A DNA stretch of 63,733 nt, counting the filler, from Chrysochromulina tobinii (lineage: Eukaryota), in assembly GCA_001275005.1 (NCBI GenBank). It is 9 parts of 9 records of this genome, joined end to end, with 100 filler letters (N's around TTAATTAATTAA, not from the genome) between each part and the next. Parts side by side here need not be neighbours in the genome. Positions count along the whole stretch, not along the records: positions 1 to 13,182 come from JWZX01000612.1; positions 13,283 to 15,409 come from JWZX01000616.1; positions 15,510 to 27,333 come from JWZX01000617.1; 6 more parts are not named here. One strand, 5' to 3'. Both the position numbers and the translations under genes were made by a program. Of the stretch, positions 11,611-21,470 are shown piece by piece; position 1 is the first letter of the stretch, and every line of letters starts with the position of its first letter. A model generated the notes under the pieces. That model did not search any database. It was not told where the DNA came from and worked only from the letters and a program-made list of their open reading frames with translations.

Positions 11611-12780
11611 ATGGGGGCCATTCACCTCCGCCAAAGGCCTGGAAGCCGTCTACAACACCATGCACCGCTTGTGCTCATTCTGCTTTCATGCGTGGCACCG
11701 GGTGGGCACAGCCTCCAAACCTTCGCGGCGCAGCAGCGTCCTTGGTTGCGCAACGCGCCAGCGTCATCGCGCTCCTCTCATCTCGCGGCGCTCGCTGCCA
11801 ATACGGCGTTCGCTGAGGGCACCTCTGGCGCCGAGTACAGCGAACGATACGGGAACAAAGCGCCGGCGCTCACGCTCCAGGCCCCCTCAAAGATCAACCT
11901 ATTCCTTCGCATTCTGCGCAAGCGCGAGGACGGCTATCACGAGCTCGCATCTCTTTTCCAAGCAGTATCTCTGACGGATACCCTTGACTTTTGGGTCGAG
12001 GGTGCCGACTCATCGAAGCCCATCTGTTCGATGGAGGTGTCACCCGACTCAGTCGGGCGGGCGGGCATCCCGACCGATGAGACCAATCTCGTCATGCGCG
12101 CGCTGAAGCTCTTTGCTGACAAGACGGGCACGAAGCAGCGGGTTCATTGCCGACTGCACAAGAATGCTCCGGCGCAAGCGGGCCTCGGTGCGGGCTCAAG
12201 CGACGCGGCGACGGCGATGCATGCCGCAAATCGGCTCGCGGGGTTCCCGGCGACGCAGCAGCAGCTCATCGAGTGGAGCGCCGAGTTGGGCTCCGACATC
12301 AGCTTCTTCTTCTCCCGTGGCACTGCGTATTGCACCGGCCGCGGTGAGATCATCGAGAATGTGCCGCCGCTGCCCGACACGCCGTGCTTCCTCGTGAAGC
12401 CGGCCGATGGCCTCTCCACACCCGCCGTCTTCAAGCAGCTTGGGCTCAACAAGGGACAGTCCCTCGACGGTCCTGACCCCCGTAAGTTGCTTGCGGACTT
12501 CCAGGCTTCCGTGACGGGGGGCACTTTCCTTAACGACCTCGAGCCGCCAGCGTTTGCCGTGATGCCCAAGCTGGACAAGCTGCGCATGGACCTGAAGGCG
12601 CTGGGCTTTGACGCTGTCATGATGTCTGGCTCGGGATCCACCATCTTTTGCATTGGGCGCCCCACCGTCGCGGGTGCAGCTTGGAAGGAGGACATCGTGC
12701 AGAAGCACGGTGCGAGCATATTTGAGGTGCGCTTCTGCCAACGGTCGCCCAACGAGCAACTGTGGTACAACGAGGCGTGA
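11611..12780 (+). CDS. ispE: 4-diphosphocytidyl-2-C-methyl-D-erythritol kinase (MEP pathway), plastid-targeted
   Basis: APSKINLFLRILRKREDGYHELASLFQ, PAQAGLGAGSSDAA, LGSDISFF, NDLEPPAF and MMSGSGS. The N-terminus has a hydrophobic signal-like segment. Confidence 0.95.
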   Translation: MGAIHLRQRPGSRLQHHAPLVLILLSCVAPGGHSLQTFAAQQRPWLRNAPASSRSSHLAALAANTAFAEGTSGAEYSERYGNKAPALTLQAPSKINLFLRILRKREDGYHELASLFQAVSLTDTLDFWVEGADSSKPICSMEVSPDSVGRAGIPTDETNLVMRALKLFADKTGTKQRVHCRLHKNAPAQAGLGAGSSDAATAMHAANRLAGFPATQQQLIEWSAELGSDISFFFSRGTAYCTGRGEIIENVPPLPDTPCFLVKPADGLSTPAVFKQLGLNKGQSLDGPDPRKLLADFQASVTGGTFLNDLEPPAFAVMPKLDKLRMDLKALGFDAVMMSGSGSTIFCIGRPTVAGAAWKEDIVQKHGASIFEVRFCQRSPNEQLWYNEA

Positions 12781-13182
12781 GCATGCAGGCCGCACAAACC
12801 GTCCAAGCCGTGCAGTAGTGTGCGTGGCTGCGCGTGAGAGCGCTGTGCGGCCGGACACGAGATGCGCGCGCGTGAGGCCGCCGGGACCCGATGGTCTCGC
12901 TGGTCGGGGTGTGGGGCGTCACACTCCAGTCCGGACAAGGGTCAAGGCGGTGCACGTTCCCGTGAGCGACAGCTCAGAATGCAGAACAATGACCCCTGTC
13001 CAAGGTACAGGTGCGGTGCGCGTATATCTAGGGGTGTCAGCCCAAACCCAGAACACCAAAAACGAGTTCGAAAATGATTTTTCATTTTTCTGTGCGACTC
13101 AAACGCCGCTCCCGCACCCGTCGCGACACACAAAAGTGCACGAAGGACCTCGACTGGGAGCCGGTCTGGGAGCCGGACGGGG

Positions 13183-13282
13183 NNNNNNNNNNNNNNNNNN
13201 NNNNNNNNNNNNNNNNNNNNNNNNNNTTAATTAATTAANNNNNNNNNNNNNNNNNNNNNNNNNNNNNNNNNNNNNNNNNNNN
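13183..13282. other. Artificial contig spacer
   Basis: N44-TTAATTAATTAA-N44, which places stops in all six frames. Confidence 0.98.
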
Positions 13283-15409
13283 CTGGCGACACCCGGGCGA
13301 GCATGACCTTGAGGTCCTTCATTGCCGCAGAGTAGGTGTAGGGCCGAGTTCTGTCCTTCGCCATGAAGAAAGGGGAATCCGCGTCCCTTGGGCCCGTGTA
13401 AAAGCGCATGAGGGCCGCGTACCACTTGAAAGGGCTGAGCTCATGCCCGGGCGCGTCCCCGATGTAGGAGAAGTCGTTGCCGCCCTTGGCCGCCCCGCCC
13501 CGCGCCACTTCAAGTCGATGATCTCCACGTGCTTCCGGGCGTTCGATACGGCGATCCTGCTTGATAGCCTTGAAGCGGATCGCGAGAACGTATCGCGCCG
13601 GCCACGAGCTGGATAGCGATGTCTCGCACCATCCAATGCTTGTCGGGGTTCCACCGGTCCTTGCCCGTGAAGGTCTTCGGGCAGGGGCACTCGGAGCGGG
13701 AAAAGGTGCCCAGCAAGATGATGAGGAAGAACGCGAATTGGACCTCCCAAAACTCGTCCATGTCCACCGTCGCGAGCATGGCCAGAATGAGGCGCATCGG
13801 GAGGGCCCGTCTAGGCTCGTGCGGAACGTGTGCACGTACGCGAACACTCACCATAAAGTCGTGCCAGTGCATGACGCCGAACACGGGGTCCGCCTGGTGC
13901 TCGAGTTTCATCTTCCACCGGAGGCCCCACACATACGTCTGGATCGAGTCCGCCACCAACTTCTTGTTCTCGAGCATACGGAGCACAAAGGTGGCCAACT
14001 TGCCTGCCCGCTCCGGGTCGTCCGTCAGGATGATCTCGGGCCATCCAAACTCCACCGTGAGGGGCTTCCAATACTTCTCGAAGGCGATGTCGACCTTGCC
14101 CATCGACTTGACCGCCAGCCGGTTGCCCATGAGCTCGTCCATGAGAGGCAGGTACTGAGCCGGCAGGCCGTCGTAGAGGATCGCCCGCGGGTACGGCACC
14201 GAGGCCTGTTGCGCCGAGTAGCCATCCCGAGCTGGCATCGCCATGCCGCATCCGAGCATTGACGCAAAGACCGCGGCCTTGAGCCCCGAGCCTCGTCGTC
14301 CCCGGCGCACGGTCTTATGCCCCCCACGCGCCGCAATTGATTCCGGAGTTTTCGAAGGGAGCTTCTCCGGGATCTTTTCCGGGACGAAAGCCAGGTTTCG
14401 GAGGTAAGCCCGCGCTAAAGGGCCGTAGGTGCACATGCGAAAGGGCTCAAACCCGTCGTCGTGCTCCTGCTCCCGTATGGCGCACGTGTTCGCCCGCGCG
14501 AGCCGGCACGCCCGCAGAGGGTAGCGCACGAGCCAGCCACGGATCCTGGATTGGATGCAAACGATCGCCGGGAGCTGGCGCGAGAGTTCTGCCATGTCCA
14601 CGCGCGTACGCGAGAGCGCCGCGATGGCAGCCATGTCCGTCGCATGGAATGGCGCCGACATGTCGAGCGTGCGCACCCGGCCAGCGTCTGGCATGCCCTG
14701 AAGCACGGCAGGCGGTACGACGAAGGCGCGTCGCTGCACTTCGATCAAGAAGGCATCGAGGCCATTCTCCCGGGAGAGCGGGTCCGCCATCGAGTTGTCT
14801 TCGGACGCGAGCCAAAAGAATCGGATCAGGCAGTCGAACTTGATCTGCAAGACGAAGAGTCTCTTGAGGAGCAAATTCAAGCGCTCGGCGCGCGACCACG
14901 ACTTCTCCGCCGACTTCTCGAAGGACTGGTTGTCCACGCCGAAAGGGATCCACTTCTGCCGCCACGACGGCCCCTGCGACTCGACGCACTGGACCACTGT
15001 GTCGCCCTCCAAGAAGTCGATGGGCTTCTTTGCGGCCGCCGCGCCATAGCGCCACCAGTCGTACGGGCCCGCGCTTGAGCACCAGCCCCCGCCCGTGTAT
15101 TTCTTGGACCTTGACGCATCCGAGTAAACCGTCGGGCCTTCCTTGAAATGGTCCGTACGGAAGTACCCGCGCCCCAGGTTGAGAGACAGGATGTCGTAGA
15201 AGTAGCGGTAGTCTTGCCGCTCCTTCCGCGTTGTACGCCGCTTTTGCCACGCCACCGTCAGGCCGACCATCAAGGCAAAGATGTTTGCCAAGAGGCAGCC
15301 CGCCCCGGGCGGCATCGACATAATCGCTCGACGCAACCGTCCCGCGGCTTGTTGCCGCTCGAGCAGCGTCAACGTCTTGCGCGTCGAGAACTCCAGGAGC
15401 ATGTCCATG
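13283..15409 (-). mobile_element. Internal fragment of a DIRS-like tyrosine-recombinase retrotransposon (RT C-terminus, RNase H, linker with IQ motif, YR); frameshift at ~13593
   Basis: DIRS-type RNase H motifs VYSDAS, IDFLEG, VDNQS and WLASEDNSMADPLSR. YR-like LLGTFSRSE, then in the shifted frame IRFKAIKQDR and SPFFMAKDRTRPYTYS. Both ends are cut by contig edges. Confidence 0.8.
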
Positions 15410-15509
15410 NNNNNNNNNNNNNNNNNNNNNNNNNNNNNNNNNNNNNNNNNNNNTTAATTAATTAANNNNNNNNNNNNNNNNNNNNNNNNNNNNNNNNNNN
15501 NNNNNNNNN
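15410..15509. other. Artificial contig spacer
   Basis: N44-TTAATTAATTAA-N44. Confidence 0.98.
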
Positions 15510-15762
15510 GCGCCTTTCGCCTCCTTTTGAAGCCATTCATTTTCTCAACCCCTTTGGCAGGCGTGGCCTTCTCTCATTTCCGACGATGCGACGATTCCCG
15601 GACACGCCGTGAGGGTCTGTGCGTCTCGCGCATCACGCCCTTTGCGTCCTTTCGCTTTTCTTTTCGAGCGCCTTTCACCTCCTTTTGAAGCATTCATTTT
15701 CTCAACCCCTTTGGCAGGCGTGGCCCCCAGACACGCCGTGAGGGTCTGTGCGGCTCGCGCAT
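15510..15762 (+). repeat. Imperfect direct repeat (~158-nt spacing)
   Basis: gcgccttt..cctccttttgaagc..attcattttctcaacccctttggcaggcgtggcc and gacacgccgtgagggtctgtgcg each occur twice. gtgagggtctgtgcgtc recurs at ~16110. Confidence 0.8.
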
Positions 15763-17674
15763 GGCCTCGCACCAGCACGCGCTTCGCATTCCAACCCCCC
15801 GTCCCAGTACATCCACCCTCACCCTTCCGCTGACCCCCTTGATCCTTTGCCCCCCTTCACAAGTTCTACTCTTCTTGCATTTTGCCCCCTTTTCTGCTAG
15901 TCCTTCGACACATTTGGATGATCACTCAGGGTCTCTTTCCAGGAGAGGGGTCTCCCACCTTTGGGAGACCTTACTCTCCACCACTCGCGAAATTTTTTCT
16001 GACGCGGACGGTCCGGATTCATCGCTCAAAAGGGATGTTAGGGATCAAGCCTGGAACAATGGTCTGGAAGGTGGAAGCACGGCCCGCAATCGGCGCAGTT
16101 CGTGGTGGAGTGAGGGTCTGTGCGTCACGCATACACGTGCCTTCGTCCCACGATTTCCCTATTTCCGAAGGCCTTCGTTACTTTCACGATTTTTGTTTTT
16201 TAACCCCCCTAACCCCCGCGCCTCCTCGAGGGCCGGGTGGGGCTCAACCGGCAATGGCAAGGCCATGTATGACTGGCTTGTCAATCATGGCTCCACTGAT
16301 GACGCGGCCACGCAAGAGCTCCTGCTGCCAGACGTTCGACCGGCGTTCCACACCTTTCAGGTATGGAGATGCGTGATACTTGGAGTCGGAGGTCTTGAGG
16401 AACGCTCGTGTTCGCCCACCTCTGTGGTTGGCGTATTCAACAAACTCGCCGCGGTCAACCTCTTCGACAACGGCGTCTTCGAGAGGCCCGAAGGCATATT
16501 AACTGACAATGGCTTGTTCAACATGATGCAGAACAGCGGCCGGTGCGCCGTCTTGCAAAGCCATCTGCCCACCCTCAACCTCAACGGCGGTTCCTCAGCA
16601 GCAGGCGAAGAGCTCGAAATCGGAAACGAGGACAAGCCAGATGCTAAGGCAAATTCCACGGGGAACGACAGGAACCGTGTTCTAATCAAGTCGCCGACCT
16701 ACCTGCGCTACCCGCCAGGCCTTGGATTCTCTGCGAGTTGTTCATCCGACAGCGGTACGCCCATCGGTAAAGCAAGCGTGGACATCAGCGGTGACTTGCT
16801 TGGCACGGCCTCACTGCAGCCACACTCTTCCACGTCATCCACGCCTCCTCTACTGCAAATCCCGCCAAAATGCCCTAAGCCTATTCCCACAGCTGGATGG
16901 AGAGGGGAGAGGACGCCTGCCTCATCTGGGGGGGGCGCGGAAGATTTTGATGAACAACCTCCGGCCCCATGCGGGAGCGAGCCCAATGCCACCTTCCGCA
17001 ACTACATGGCGCGCCTGTACATTACCTCTACATCCCTCTTCCGCTTCAGCCACACCACCTCTATGGAACACCCAGCCAAGAACTCTGACCATTGCAGATC
17101 AGGTCTTGACGCGGCTGTTTGGGGGGGGGAGAGGGGATGGCCTCATCTGGGGGGGAGAACCGAAACCGGAGCATTTCAAGGAAGAAATGCCAGCCTGATG
17201 TGGGGGGGATCATCAGGATGCATGTCTGCATGGCATGACTCTGACGCCTCAACACTCGACGAGCTCAGTGTCTCGTCGGGGGGGGTGACACAACCGTGTT
17301 CATGTGTGAATAGTGGTGGGTGTCTGTAACCGATCATCGTATGGTCGAGGTTGTCCAGTTGCCTTTCCAGGCAAGTATCCGGGCAGAGCCAGTCCCCGAC
17401 TCTGTTCCGTGACTGGACGACAGCGACCTCGATGGTGGTCCTTGTCTTTGTGCGTGTGCGCAGTGGCGCCAGTGCACAGCTCAGTGGAGCATACTAACAG
17501 TGAAACCAGTACGTCTTAGTGCAATAGCGATGTCAACTACTGGCTCTTCAAGTCTCGAAACACACTCTCGACTCTGGACACCTCCTCGCGTAAAGCAAAT
17601 GCAAGTACAGACGACCCTTTGAACATCACACCATACTCATCCTACATTTAACCTACTACATTACACAAACGTCA
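15510..17674 (+). mobile_element. Possible internally deleted Copia-like LTR element with a candidate 3' LTR at 17286-17674
   Basis: A G8 tract (17278-17285) immediately precedes a 389-nt segment bounded by TGAC...GTCA. The upstream ORF contains patches resembling gag (GNGKAMYDWL) and the Copia RT/RNase H junction (LMWGG...SAWHDSD). No 5' LTR is visible. Confidence 0.35.
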
Positions 17675-17790
17675 ACGTACCGGCTGGACGCAAAAAATCC
17701 TGACCTCTGAAGAGAAGAAGTGCTGGAAAAGTGAGGAGGCCACCGCACGACTCGCTGCGCCTCCTGCTGCAACGTCATCCCCGGCCCCCG

Positions 17791-20272
17791 CTACGTATGT
17801 GTGGCTTCTGACCCTCGCTGTGACTTCTGGCGCGCGCGCATATCGCGGCTCTCCGCCACGAAGCCATCGAGGCCGAGGCTGACACGCTGCGCCTTGTAGC
17901 CCGAGGCTAGCCACCCCTCGTCCTCCTCAGCATGCAGGCCACTTGCGGGCGCCCACTCGACCTCTGCCGCAACCGCGACCGCATGGCGCCGCACCAAAGG
18001 AGGGGGGGGGGCTGGAGGTCCTGTAGACTTGTGGCCTTCAGAACTTTGACGGGAAATGGGCGAGAAATGGACGGAAGATTGACTGGACAGGGGTGGCTTG
18101 AGGTTCTCGGAATATGCAGTCAGGTTCTCCGGCCGCAGTGCCACCTTGCTCGTCTGCCCGTCGATCAGCACGTGCCAGAGGCCCTTGATCGCGTCGTGCG
18201 CGACCACGCGTGCTTTCGTGCCGTTCAGGTCGGTGCGCTGCGAGAGCCCAGCCACTGTGCAAATGTCGCCGACGACGATAACCAGCTCAGCCGAGGGCGA
18301 GACGATGGCGACCGGCATGTCGCCAGAGGCATGCGTGCCGTTGAGCGCCGTGTCGCCCGAGGCATGCTTGCCGTTGAGCGCCGTGTCGCCCGAAGCATGC
18401 GTGCCGTTGCTCGACCCTCTCTGAAGCGCCGTCGTGGTACCGGGCATGCGCCTGTCATCTCTCTGAGCGTCGCTGCCCCCCTCAACGGCCGCCACCGCCA
18501 TCGGAAAGGGGTCGTCTTCCAGCGTGACCTTCTGGAGCAGGGCAGCGCTATCCTGATCACCCTGCTCAACGCCTGGCAACCACCGCTCAAGGCTCACAGT
18601 GCCGCCATCGGTGAAGAGCGTCCGCAGCACGCCGAGCAGAGCTCCCACACGCCTCTGCACGCGCGCCTCAGCTTGCTCATCTAACTGCAGCGTCGCCGGG
18701 ACTAGCACGCTTGGATCGCCGACGAAGAGCTCGTTGGTCACCTGTGGGGAAGGAAGGAAGGGCGCCGTGGTGAGAATTCGCATGCGCGCGCGCGCACGCT
18801 CGGAACGACCCGGCAACGAGCTCATTGGTCACCTGGCGGCGCTCCTCGTCGTGCTGCGAGCGGAAGTCGAGGATGATCAACTTCTCAGCGCTGAGTGCCT
18901 CGAAGAGACGCCCGTTGAGTCCCCACGTTGGTGCAGAGACGGTGCGTAGCTGGAAGTGTACGGGCACCGCGGCCGAGCCGGCGCCCAGAGACTTGGCGCC
19001 GGTGGCCAGTGACGCGCGGCTTCGCGCGCTCGCCCCCTCGATGAGAGCGACCGCGGTGCGGTGATTGCGATTGATGACGAGCCGCAGAAGCACGGGCGAG
19101 ACGAGGATGCTGAGGACGACGGCGAGGATGACTGAGGCGAAGGCGCGCTGATCCAGGAGCCCAGCGGAGCGCGCTGTCGTCGCGACGACAAAGGCGAACT
19201 CGCCCCAAGCCGACATCGCCAGCCCAACCGTCCAAAACTGGCCCCAGTTCAACGGCATGGCCCACAGGCCGGTCGCAATCTTGCCCAGGACGGCGACGCT
19301 GAGGATGGCGGCGCCCTTGAGGACCTCGAGGGACGCGAACTCATTGATGGGCACCGCGAACGCGATCGTCGCTGCGAAAAAGATGCGCAGCAGCCACTGC
19401 ATGAGGCGCTTGACCTGGCGGGCCCACGAGTCGTGGACGTCGCGATCGGTGCAAAAGGAGAGGCCGGAGAGGAAGGCTCCGAGGAGCGGTGAGGAGCCGA
19501 GCTCGTGGCAGAGCGGTACGAGGATCATCGCGAGCAGCATCAGCATGCCGAGCAGTACCTTTGGGAGCCTCTTCGGCGGTATCCGGGGCTTCAGCCGCCT
19601 CATGAGCCCGGGCACCACCTGCACGCCCAGCCAGAGGCCCAAGGCAAGGAGACCCACCGACGACACGATTGGGCGCAGCAGCGACATGGCCGATGCATCG
19701 TCGAGCGCCTGCAGCTCAGAGAGCAAGATCAGCGCGATGATGTCGTCCAGCACCGCGGCCGAGATCACGAGCTGGCCTGTCGGGGTGTTGAGCACTTTGC
19801 CCCGCTTGAGCACGTTCAGCGCGACGCCCATAGAGGTCGGTGCGAGCGTGCAGCCGACGGCGAGTGCCGAGCGCCAGCTGAGGCCGAGCACGCCAATGGA
19901 GAGCGCGGTCGCAATCGCGAGCGGTGCGAGCGAGCCCGAGATTGCCACACCCAGGCCACGCAGCCCGAGGAGGCGCAGCATCTCCAAGTCGACGTCTAGC
20001 CCCGCCTCGATGACGAGCAGCATCAACCCGACCTCGCCGTAGAGCACAAGCGCATGGTGCTCAGGCACCACGTTGGCAAAGTTAGGCCCGAGCAGCCCGC
20101 CCACGACGATCTCACCCACAAGGGCGGGGCACCCAATCCGATGGAAGCACTTGCCCGTAACCCAGACAAGCGTGATGAAGAAGACTATCCACAGGATATG
20201 GTGGAACTCGTTGGCGTCGTCTTCGATCGCGTCGTCTAGGGAAGACGCGCCGCACGATACGTTGCTCGCCAT
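17791..20272 (-). CDS. CPA2-family cation/H+ antiporter with a long cytosolic tail; exons 20272-18833 and 18741-17791, intron 18742-18832
   Basis: About 12-13 TM segments with PALVGEIVVG.LLGP, EAGLDVD, LAPTSMG, SAAVLDD, LLGAFLSGL and GEFAFVVA. The GT-AG intron joins the two ORFs in frame. Confidence 0.9.
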
Positions 20273-20820
20273 TCACGAAAAAGGAGATGAACGCACTCCC
20301 TCGTCCGCGAATACACCTGCCGAGGTCGTGTTTGAGCCACTCGACCTCAACCTCGCTGCAGCAGACAAAAACCCGCGGCGGCGAAGCGATAAACTTTCTA
20401 GATTTGGAATTTGAGGTGCGGCGCATTAGAAGAACAAAAATCCGTGTGCCCGCCGTGTGCCCCGTGTGTGTCCTGTGTGTGTGTGTCCCCCAATTTCGGG
20501 AGCTGAATAATTCCGGAAGCTCTGTCGAGCGGAAGTGCGGAACCGCATGTCGAACATGTCCCCAGCACATGGCCGCGTGACGCCAGGAGCAGCACGATCT
20601 GGTGTGCCCGCCGTTGTGACTAGTTTTCGCCGTAGTGCGAGAGCCCGCCAGCCCCCAGGCCCAGCGCGCCCAGCGCCACAGTGCACAGAGCATGAAAGAC
20701 GATTCTTACGTAGATGAAACGTATGCTGAATGTTCGACCAATCATCAGCATCATAAGGGCCCAGCAGCGAGCAGAAAGTGACCAGCAACTGCTCGAGCTC
20801 ACTCGTCTCGTCGCTCGGGC

Positions 20821-21231
20821 TCATAATTTCGACTTCGGCTCGGGCGCCTTTTTGAGCAGCTCGCCGAGCTTCTGCGCGAGCGTTGATTTCCCCTTTACCT
20901 TCAGCTTGCCACTCATGTACGCCGACATCGCATTCAGCTTACCAGTCGCGAGCGCGAGCAGGTCGGCGTCAGAGATGGTGATCTCGCAGTCTGCTTTGGC
21001 GCCGGCCGGGTCGTTAGCGACACTCACGCTGCCGACGGCGTTGGCGCCTGCCTTAGCGTCCACGACCCACGCAACCTTCGCCTTCTCGGGTCCTCCAGTA
21101 ACGTGAAAGAGGAACGTTCCATTCACCGTTTTGAGCAGCGCGGGATTGGCCTTGAGGTTACCGGCCATCTTGGCGAAGACCTCATTGCTCTTGAAGCCGA
21201 CGGGGCCCTGTGCTTCGTCCGTGTCGCTCAT
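20821..21231 (-). CDS. SCP2: Peroxisomal sterol carrier protein-2 domain protein
   Basis: WVVDAK, KADCEITISDADL and AYMSGKLKVKG, ending in the PTS1 signal SKL. Confidence 0.92.
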   Translation of the reverse strand: MSDTDEAQGPVGFKSNEVFAKMAGNLKANPALLKTVNGTFLFHVTGGPEKAKVAWVVDAKAGANAVGSVSVANDPAGAKADCEITISDADLLALATGKLNAMSAYMSGKLKVKGKSTLAQKLGELLKKAPEPKSKL

Positions 21232-21470
21232 GGCGTGGTCAAGTCAAGTCAAGTCATGTTGGATCCCCCCCGCCATCTCCATCGACTCCCGTCCTCCCCT
21301 GCTGGCTTCCGGAGCACATTCGATAGGCTTCCGTTTGGTTGACTGTTGATCATGAATGGAACTTATCCATGGAGTGCAATCTGCAGAGTGCAATCCCGCA
21401 TCCCCTTGGGCCGCCCCTTGGCTGGGTATAGGCGGCGCGGCGCGGCAGACTCAGTTCACGCCGTGCGCCA

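Noticed and set aside
8723..12780. Operon-like run of three co-oriented genes
   Set aside because: Eukaryotic genes with an intron and individual targeting signals. Short spacing reflects a compact genome.
12960..13182. AT-richer contig end that might be a transposon terminus
   Set aside because: No partner repeat or TSD is visible in the window.
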